Shown here: positions 1-5,485 of the stretch, piece after piece
How the letters are laid out: each line of letters opens with the position of its first letter
How positions within the stretch are numbered: the stretch's first letter is position 1
Program-made: the position numbers and the translations under genes
Notes under the pieces: model-generated
Seen by the model: the letters and a program-made list of their open reading frames with translations, nothing else
Told to the model about the DNA's origin: nothing
Database searches by the model: none
Origin: a virus
Taxonomy: Duplodnaviria > Caudoviricetes
IMG/VR virus record: IMGVR_UViG_3300011115_000209
Location: 1-28,966 of that record
Direction: 5' to 3' (one strand)
DNA: 28,966 bases

Positions 1-1
1 C

Positions 2-310
2 ATGACCGACCACATTGTTATCAACGTCGAGACGGGCAAATATGAGTGCCAGCACTGCAATGCTACTCAGTCCCCGCCCAAGATGCCCGTGCCCATCGGC
101 GACATGCTGGCCCACATGGACATGTTCACCGCCGCCCATAAGGACTGCAAGGCGTCCACTGAGGCATCACCGCCGCCAACGGAGTACGAGCAAGGCTTTA
201 CAGCGGGCGTATCGTTCATCCTGCACGCCTTCGAGCAGCAGATGAGCCTACCCCCTTATGACCAGCACACGGACATCCTAGAGCGCCTGCTGGACTATCT
301 GAAGCATTAG
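2..310 (+). CDS. Hypothetical phage protein with CxxC...HxxC putative Zn-binding motif
   Basis: 102-aa ORF containing CQHC and HKDC; start is at the window edge, so no RBS is visible. Confidence 0.7.
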   Translation: MTDHIVINVETGKYECQHCNATQSPPKMPVPIGDMLAHMDMFTAAHKDCKASTEASPPPTEYEQGFTAGVSFILHAFEQQMSLPPYDQHTDILERLLDYLKH

Positions 311-360
311 GGAAACTACCTAGAACTTTTTTCACAAGAAGCCGCATAAGTCTAATTTTT

Positions 361-369
361 TGTTACAAT
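361..369 (+). promoter_or_regulatory. Extended -10 sigma70-type promoter (TGnTACAAT)
   Basis: TGTTACAAT in an AT-rich intergenic gap, upstream of RBS TAAGGA and ATG 407; no good -35. Confidence 0.55.
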
Positions 370-406
370 ACCATTACTGCAATTCGCAGGCAACTAAGGA
401 AACGAG

Positions 407-580
407 ATGACACAAGCAGAGTTTGACAAGCAAGTCGCCCAAGACGCCCAGCGCCTGACCGAGCAGGGTGCCAAGCAGTGGGAGCAGCAGGAAGCGGAAG
501 CCCGCCGCATCGAGTGGCTGCAAGTGCAGCGTCAGAACCACTACCTGAGCATGACGTACCAGATTGGCGTTGGAGGCTGA
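407..580 (+). CDS. Hypothetical protein (57 aa, MTQAEFDKQVAQDAQRL...)
   Basis: Read by hand, below the ORF-track cutoff; RBS TAAGGA upstream, stop TGA 578-580. Confidence 0.7.
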   Translation: MTQAEFDKQVAQDAQRLTEQGAKQWEQQEAEARRIEWLQVQRQNHYLSMTYQIGVGG

Positions 581-581
581 G

Positions 582-725
582 ATGGACATCCGCACCAGCT
601 ACAACCCGAAGTACACCCCGGAACTGGATTGGGAAGCCTACATGGACGGCTACGAACCCGGCGACCCGCTTGGGCTGGGTGCCACTGAACAGGAAGCCAT
701 CAACAACCTGATGGAGGCGCTATGA
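582..725 (+). CDS. Hypothetical protein (47 aa, MDIRTSYNPKY...DGYEPGDPLGLGATEQEAINNL)
   Basis: RBS GGAGG at 572-576; stop overlaps the next ATG (ATGA 722-725). Confidence 0.7.
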   Translation: MDIRTSYNPKYTPELDWEAYMDGYEPGDPLGLGATEQEAINNLMEAL

Positions 726-925
726 CCCCGCTCAACCGCGAAAAAGCCGCCCGCAAGCTCTGTGCCCTGCGGGGGCTGCGTCCAGACGATGAGGTCATGC
801 GCTTCACAAACAAGAACGACTACACCGTGGTTGGTCTAGCTGCGCCACGCTGGCAACTCATGGCCGACGAGGTCGAGCGCGTTTACGAAGTCCTGCAAGC
901 CATCAACGAGACGATGGAAGAATGA
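722..925 (+). CDS. Hypothetical protein (67 aa)
   Basis: RBS GGAGG; ATGA coupling at both ends. Confidence 0.7.
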   Translation: MTPLNREKAARKLCALRGLRPDDEVMRFTNKNDYTVVGLAAPRWQLMADEVERVYEVLQAINETMEE

Positions 926-1071
926 GAGCCGTCCTCAACCTATGTGCCCTTGCCTGCATGGCTATTGGCTTTGTGGCGACCCTGATGGTGGCCGGGTACG
1001 CCTACTACTACTACCAATACGTCCCTGAGTGTTTCACCCTCCGCGCAGCATTCACTAAGGAATGCAAATGA
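922..1071 (+). CDS. Small membrane protein (49 aa, MRAVLNLCALACMAIGFVATLMVAGY...)
   Basis: ATGA overlaps with both neighbours; one hydrophobic segment. Confidence 0.6.
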   Translation: MRAVLNLCALACMAIGFVATLMVAGYAYYYYQYVPECFTLRAAFTKECK

Positions 1072-1262
1072 TTGACATGGTCAAGCGCCTGTTGGCTACC
1101 CCAACGCCGCTGGAGATGGCCGCTAGGGAACTGGTGAAAGCACAGCGCGAGAAGCTGGAGGCCGAGTCCGCACTGGACTACGCCGCCAATATTGTTCAAT
1201 ACAACGATGACCGCATCAACCGACTGAAGATGCGACTAGCTGAAATGAAGGAGCAAGCATGA
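1068..1262 (+). CDS. Hypothetical coiled-coil protein (64 aa)
   Basis: RBS TAAGGA and the ATGA overlap favour ATG 1068 over 1062. Confidence 0.7.
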   Translation: MIDMVKRLLATPTPLEMAARELVKAQREKLEAESALDYAANIVQYNDDRINRLKMRLAEMKEQA

Positions 1263-1438
1263 CCGAAGACCAAAGGTGGCAAGTTATGAGCGCACTTATG
1301 CCGCCTGCGTACTTGGCCGCAATCATTACGAAGATTGCAGACGGCACCATCAACAGAGCAGGCGCACTGATTGTGTTCGACATCATCTATGAGCAAAACA
1401 AGGACAAGTTGGCCGCAGCAATTGAGGAGCAAGCATGA
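1259..1438 (+). CDS. Hypothetical protein (59 aa, MTEDQRWQVMSALMPP...)
   Basis: RBS AGGAG; ATGA overlaps at both ends. Confidence 0.7.
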   Translation: MTEDQRWQVMSALMPPAYLAAIITKIADGTINRAGALIVFDIIYEQNKDKLAAAIEEQA

Positions 1439-1656
1439 AAGTCAAAGACCTAATTGAAAAGCTGCAAGCCATTGACCCCGAGTTGATGGTTGTGCGCAGC
1501 GGCTACGAGGGCGGCGTGACTGAGGCGACAGAAGTGGATGTCCAAATTGCTGCGCTCTATATCCATAAGGAATGGTACTACGGCGAACACGAACTACTGG
1601 TCGTTGATGGAGATTACCCCAACAAAGAACACGCAACAGTCGTTCACATCCACTAA
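1435..1656 (+). CDS. Hypothetical phage protein (MKVKDLIEKLQAIDP...GYEGG type)
   Basis: RBS GAGGAG; N-terminal pattern common among small phage proteins. Confidence 0.75.
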   Translation: MKVKDLIEKLQAIDPELMVVRSGYEGGVTEATEVDVQIAALYIHKEWYYGEHELLVVDGDYPNKEHATVVHIH

Positions 1657-1666
1657 GGAGCAAGCA

Positions 1667-1876
1667 ATGAAAGAAGACACCACACCCATCGACCCAACGT
1701 GGATGCAAAAGACTGGCGGCTTTGCCCGCGACATGACCCTGCATGACTATTACGCTGGGCTGGCTATGCAATCAATAATTAGCGACCCAGCCAGTTATTC
1801 TTCAGAGCCTAATTTTGTATCCAAATGGGCTTTCCAACACGCAGACGCAATGCTGAAAGCGAGGGAAACAAAGTGA
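1667..1876 (+). CDS. Small phage protein of the widespread 'MTLRDYFAAxAMQ...ADAMLxAR' family
   Basis: RBS TAAGGAG; contains MTLHDYYAGLAMQ...AFQHADAMLKAR; true start is 1667, not 1538. Confidence 0.75.
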   Translation: MKEDTTPIDPTWMQKTGGFARDMTLHDYYAGLAMQSIISDPASYSSEPNFVSKWAFQHADAMLKARETK

Positions 1877-2001
1877 GTGAAGATGACGATGACTACGAGT
1901 ACCTTTTCGACATCTTGTACACAGTATTTGGTGTCATGGCCTTCGTATTCTTCGTCATGGGTATTGGTGCCTTCGTCGTTGTTTTAATCAGTTTGCTGTA
2001 A
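1873..2001 (+). CDS. Small membrane protein (42 aa; acidic N-terminus plus long hydrophobic C-terminus)
   Basis: GTG start overlaps the previous TGA; sequence SEDDDDYEYLFDILYTVFGVMAFVFFVMGIGAFVVVLISLL. Confidence 0.55.
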   Translation: MSEDDDDYEYLFDILYTVFGVMAFVFFVMGIGAFVVVLISLL

Positions 2002-2049
2002 GGCGTGAGTGGGCACCGAGGGTTTTTTTGAATCTCCCCTCTTAACCGC

Positions 2050-2111
2050 GTCAGTCAAAGTAGTGGGCACCTTACCCACTGTGATTTGACCGACTGGCCC
2101 CCGTAAGGGGC
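2050..2111 (+). other. Two adjacent stem-loops
   Basis: GTCAGTCAAA 2050-2059 pairs with TTTGACCGAC 2085-2094, with inner TAGTGGG/CCCACTG; second hairpin GCCCC-cgtaa-GGGGC 2097-2111. Confidence 0.55.
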
Positions 2112-2118
2112 AACTTTC

Positions 2119-2127
2119 TGTTAGAAT
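2119..2127 (+). promoter_or_regulatory. Extended -10 promoter (TGnTAGAAT)
   Basis: TGTTAGAAT; predicted +1 near 2133-2134 coincides with the first base of the structured RNA. Confidence 0.55.
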
Positions 2128-2133
2128 GAATGC

Positions 2134-2404
2134 GTTGGCGCACAGTAATCGGACAGGCTGCTTTCTGTCACGAGACACCTCACTGAAGCTCCCTGTGCCA
2201 ACATCAACACGCATGGTGATTGTTCCTAGGTACTGTTTGGAATAGTCACCAGCCGTGTTGGTGGGAAGGAGCAAACCCTAGTGGGACGGGGGACGAGGGT
2301 AATGCAGCGCGGAGGGCCACTAACCTGACGCAGAGCAGAGTCGATTCGTAAACGGAGTGGCGGCTAGGGGTAGTGCCCGAATGTGTCCACACCGAACCAC
2401 CAAC
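2134..2404 (+). ncRNA. Putative multi-domain structured ncRNA upstream of the tRNA (family not recognised)
   Basis: Stems 2134-2145/2193-2202; 2202-2226/2239-2263 (23 bp with a 2x2 internal loop); 2257-2264/2397-2404; 2276-2281/2364-2369; 2316-2321/2356-2361; no credible ORF. Confidence 0.55.
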
Positions 2405-2413
2405 AACTTTTGT

Positions 2414-2488
2414 CGCGGGGTAGGAAAGAAGTAATCCGTCTGGCTCATAACCAGAAGACCGCTGGTGCGAGTCCAGCCCCCGCAACCA
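2414..2488 (+). tRNA. tRNA-Met(CAT), initiator-like (fMet), with encoded CCA
   Basis: Acceptor stem CGCGGGG/CCCCGCA with C1:A72 mismatch; anticodon arm TCTGG-CTCATAA-CCAGA; T arm GCTGG-TGCGAGT-CCAGC; 3' end ACCA. Confidence 0.9.
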
Positions 2489-2522
2489 GTTACACTGGAG
2501 CGCATAGGAATAAGGATTCACC

Positions 2523-3104
2523 ATGCCAGAAACTACCGCCAAGGCCAAAACGACCCCCAGCCAAGGGGTAGACACACCCAAGGCCACAAAGGCTCCTCCA
2601 AAGAAGATAGGACGCCCATCCAAGTACACCCCAGAGCTTGCAGCAGAGATAGCTCAACGCATCAGCATGGGAGAGCCACTACGCAAGATATGCCGGGACG
2701 AGCATATGCCGCATTGGACGGTGATGTACGACTGGTTGGCTCAAGATGAAGCTCTTTCCCTACGGGTCGCACGCGCACGCGAGGCTGGATACGAGGCTCT
2801 GGCGGAGGAGGCTCTGGAGATTGCTGACGAGCGGCCAGAGGTGAATGAGTTCCGTGACAAGAATACTGGCGAGGTGCTGAACATCGACCTGAGCAGCGCC
2901 TACATCGCTTGGCAGCGCAACCGAGTGGACACCCGACTAAAGTTGCTGGCCTGCTGGTCACCAGCCAAGTACGGCAACAAGGTGCAGATGGGCGGCGACC
3001 CCAAGAACCCATTGAAGATTGAGGTGAAGACCGAGGCCGAGCAGAGTCTGGCCGAACTCCTGAAGCACGCCGAACTCAAGCGTCAGGCGGCGAACGCAGA
3101 ATGA
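2523..3104 (+). CDS. terS: Terminase small subunit (Sf6-like)
   Basis: GRPSKYTPELAAEI...GEPLRKIC..MP..WL helix-turn-helix; EALEIAD; RVDTRLKLLA...KYG; lies upstream of terL. Confidence 0.9.
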   Translation: MPETTAKAKTTPSQGVDTPKATKAPPKKIGRPSKYTPELAAEIAQRISMGEPLRKICRDEHMPHWTVMYDWLAQDEALSLRVARAREAGYEALAEEALEIADERPEVNEFRDKNTGEVLNIDLSSAYIAWQRNRVDTRLKLLACWSPAKYGNKVQMGGDPKNPLKIEVKTEAEQSLAELLKHAELKRQAANAE

Positions 3105-3409
3105 TTCACCACATCCCCGAGGGCCACTGCATGAAGCTGGGCCTGAACTTCCGTAGGGCGACGGGTGGCTTTCTGCTTATATGGGCGTGGTATGACATTG
3201 CCACCTACACCGCGACTTACTACCGCCTGCGTTTTCGCTGGCACCTCAAGCCCCGCATCCTTTGGTCTGTCAGCAGGTGGGATGTCATTGACAACCACCT
3301 CACGCTCAACGGGCTGGTGATGGTGAACCGTGAATGGCTGGAGGACACGAAGGCCAGTTGGCGTGACAAGTTGCGCCGGGACAAAGCGGCAGTCCAGTTC
3401 GGCCCATGA
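3101..3409 (+). CDS. Hypothetical Trp/Arg-rich protein between terS and terL
   Basis: 102 aa; ATGA overlap with both terS and terL. Confidence 0.65.
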   Translation: MIHHIPEGHCMKLGLNFRRATGGFLLIWAWYDIATYTATYYRLRFRWHLKPRILWSVSRWDVIDNHLTLNGLVMVNREWLEDTKASWRDKLRRDKAAVQFGP

Positions 3410-4827
3410 CTGACCTCGTTGAGTTGCTGGCCGACCCGGCGGTCAAGAAAGACCTAGCCAACGCCAGCCCTGACTACGTCATAGCGTGGGCGTGGCGGAT
3501 GAAGTGGCTCAGTCAGGCCCATGACCACCAGATACTGCCCCACGGGGATTGGTGGAGCATCTGGCTGCTGCTGGCAGGGCGTGGTGCCGGGAAGACCCGT
3601 ACCGCCGCCGAGCAGGCTGGCTGGTGGGCCTTCACCGAGCCGAACACCCGCTGGCTGGTGGCCGCGCCTACCTCGGCAGATGTCCGTGGGGTGTGCTTTG
3701 AGGGCGACTCCGGGCTGTTGGCCGTCATACCCAAGGCGTTGCAGGCCGACTACAACAAGACCGCCCACGAGCTTAGGTTGACCAACGGCTCCCTCATCAA
3801 GGGCATCCCTGCCTCCGAGCCAGAGCGCTTCCGGGGGCCGCAGTTCCACGGCGCTTGGTGCGATGAGTTGGCCGCGTGGGACTACCTCGACGAGGCGTGG
3901 AACCAAATCATGTTCTCCGTCCGTCTGGGTGACAGGACGCGCATCATCTGCACTACGACCCCGCGACCAAAGGATTTGATTGTGGACTTAGTGGGGCGGG
4001 ATGGCGACGATGTCGTGCTGACCACCGCCTCGACCTACACCAACATTGCCAACCTGTCCAAGAACTTCCAGAAGCAGATTCTCCAGTTCGAGGGCACCAA
4101 GTTGGGGCGGCAGGAAATCTACGCCGAAATCATCGACCCCGAGGAAGGCGGCATCGTCAAGCGCAACATGTTCAAGCTCTGGCCTGCCGGGAAGGAGTTC
4201 CCCAAGTTCGAGTACATCATCCAGTCCTACGACTGCGCCACCAGCGAGAAGACCCAGAACGACCCGACGGCTGCTGGAACGTGGGGAATATTCAAGCCGC
4301 TCGACGGCCCGATGTCGGTCATGCTCATCGACTGCTGGCAGGACAGGCTCCAGTACCCCGACCTGCGCCCCAAGGTCATGGACGAGTACGAGGTGGTCTA
4401 CGGAGAAGGCCGGGACAAGAAGCGGGTTGACCTCGTGCTGGTCGAGGACAAGTCCGCAGGCATCAGCCTGATTCAAGACCTCCAGCGCGGCCACCTCCCC
4501 GTCATGGCCTACAACCCCGGCAAGGCCGACAAGGTGCAGCGCCTGAACATCGTCTCCAACATCATCAGCCGTGGCCGGGTGTGGATACCCGAGTCGGACG
4601 CCCGCAAGGGCTATGTCAAGGACTGGGCCGAGCCGTTCGTCAGCCAGATATGTAGCTTCCCCGAGACCACCCATGATGACTTTGTGGACATGTGTACCCA
4701 AGCCCTGCGCTACCTACGGGACGCTGGCTGGCTCAATGTTGACCCACCGCCACGGGAAGACTACGACGAGGATGACTACGAGGACTCGGGGAAAAAGAGC
4801 CGCAGGGTGAACCCATATGCCGTCTAA
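3406..4827 (+). CDS. terL: Terminase large subunit
   Basis: Walker A AGRGAGKT, Walker B AWCDE, motif III TTTP, and C-terminal RNase H-like nuclease (SYDCA, VEDKSAG, HDDFVD). Confidence 0.96.
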   Translation: MTDLVELLADPAVKKDLANASPDYVIAWAWRMKWLSQAHDHQILPHGDWWSIWLLLAGRGAGKTRTAAEQAGWWAFTEPNTRWLVAAPTSADVRGVCFEGDSGLLAVIPKALQADYNKTAHELRLTNGSLIKGIPASEPERFRGPQFHGAWCDELAAWDYLDEAWNQIMFSVRLGDRTRIICTTTPRPKDLIVDLVGRDGDDVVLTTASTYTNIANLSKNFQKQILQFEGTKLGRQEIYAEIIDPEEGGIVKRNMFKLWPAGKEFPKFEYIIQSYDCATSEKTQNDPTAAGTWGIFKPLDGPMSVMLIDCWQDRLQYPDLRPKVMDEYEVVYGEGRDKKRVDLVLVEDKSAGISLIQDLQRGHLPVMAYNPGKADKVQRLNIVSNIISRGRVWIPESDARKGYVKDWAEPFVSQICSFPETTHDDFVDMCTQALRYLRDAGWLNVDPPPREDYDEDDYEDSGKKSRRVNPYAV

Positions 4828-4870
4828 GAACCAACAAAGGCGAATAAAGACGCACACAGCCTCATACCTG

Positions 4871-4879
4871 TGCTACACT
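4871..4879 (+). promoter_or_regulatory. Extended -10 promoter (TGnTACACT)
   Basis: TGCTACACT; predicted +1 near 4885 is the first base of a hairpin. Confidence 0.5.
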
Positions 4880-4884
4880 GACCG

Positions 4885-4985
4885 TGTTGCCGTAGGAAGC
4901 GACAGACGAAGACCGTTTACTCATGCCCCTGCCCTTGGTATTTACCCTAGGGTTCCTACCGGGGGCAGTAGTAAACGGTTTTTTT
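4885..4985 (+). ncRNA. Riboregulator/attenuator-like leader: small hairpin, long hairpin and U-tract (may also terminate terL transcripts)
   Basis: TGTTGC/GCGACA stem with loop CGTAGGAA; AAGACCGTTTACT-CA-TGCCCCT...GGGGGCA-GT-AGTAAACGGTTTTTTT; GTAGGAA 4892-4898 is complementary to TTCCTAC 4953-4959. Confidence 0.6.
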
Positions 4986-4989
4986 ATGC

Positions 4990-5240
4990 CCGTCTTTCTG
5001 CGCAGCCGTCAGGGCGCGTTAGCTTTAGCTTGCATCGGCTGAACCCAAGAAAGACCGTACCGTGCTTCACCCCATGTGTGCGCCCAGCCTGTCTGCTAGG
5101 GACTGGGTAAGGTAGGGGCGACATGGTGAGACAAGACCCCTGCCGAATGAATAGCAGCCTTACAGGAACGCTAGGCGGTGCAATCAATGCGCCCGCTGGG
5201 CGAGGAGTGAAAGCCCCGGCTTATCACCCTTGGGGAACCT
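4990..5240 (+). ncRNA. Putative highly structured RNA with potential pseudoknots (family not recognised)
   Basis: Stems 4992-4999/5048-5055, 5003-5008/5036-5041, 5083-5090/5098-5107 and 5111-5118/5137-5144, plus loop-mediated complementarities. Confidence 0.45.
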
Positions 5241-5251
5241 ATGGAGCAAAC

Positions 5252-5485
5252 ATGCAATACCTGTTGAACCCAAAGAAAAAAAAGTCCTCCTCGCACATTT
5301 GGACTGGAACCGACACGGCTTGCAGGCTGTACAGCACTGGAGGTATGGTTCCATCCAAGCAGCAAATCTTCAGCCAAACCTTCGGCAAGCCCCTGTGCCA
5401 GATGTGTATCACCGCGTCCCCGGCCATAGTGTCAACCTATGGTGTAATCCCAGACATCTCCCTACAAGAGGCTGGACATGACTGA
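5252..5485 (+). CDS. Small putative Zn-binding protein (H...C...CxxC), 77 aa
   Basis: RBS GGAG 5243-5246; HIWTGTDTACRLYSTGG...PLCQMC; start at 5252 rather than 5123. Confidence 0.7.
   Translation: MQYLLNPKKKKSSSHIWTGTDTACRLYSTGGMVPSKQQIFSQTFGKPLCQMCITASPAIVSTYGVIPDISLQEAGHD

Noticed and set aside
2293-2349. Twister-ribozyme-like words (TAATGCAGC...GCAGAGT with flanking ACGAG/TTCGT stem) and pistol-like AGGGCCAC
   Set aside because: The conserved twister P4 loop (GGU..CAAGCCC) and both pseudoknots are missing, and the pistol pseudoknot and AAAUA element are absent. A cmsearch with the ribozyme models would settle it.
2002-2413. Possible CRISPR mini-array
   Set aside because: Repeats are 7-10 nt, mostly inverted and irregularly spaced; no cas genes
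2460-2478. GCTGGTGCGAGTCCAGC resembles the twister-sister hairpin
   Set aside because: Fully explained as the T arm of a complete tRNA cloverleaf
5145-5228. GAATGAAT...CCCGGCTTATC resembles the 3' end of RNase P RNA
   Set aside because: No GAGGAAAGTCC 5' conserved region to form P4
4817-5251. ORFs 4817-5110 and the 5123 start of the 5123-5485 ORF
   Set aside because: No RBS and atypical composition; they run through the terminator-like hairpin and structured region; the RBS supports a start at 5252
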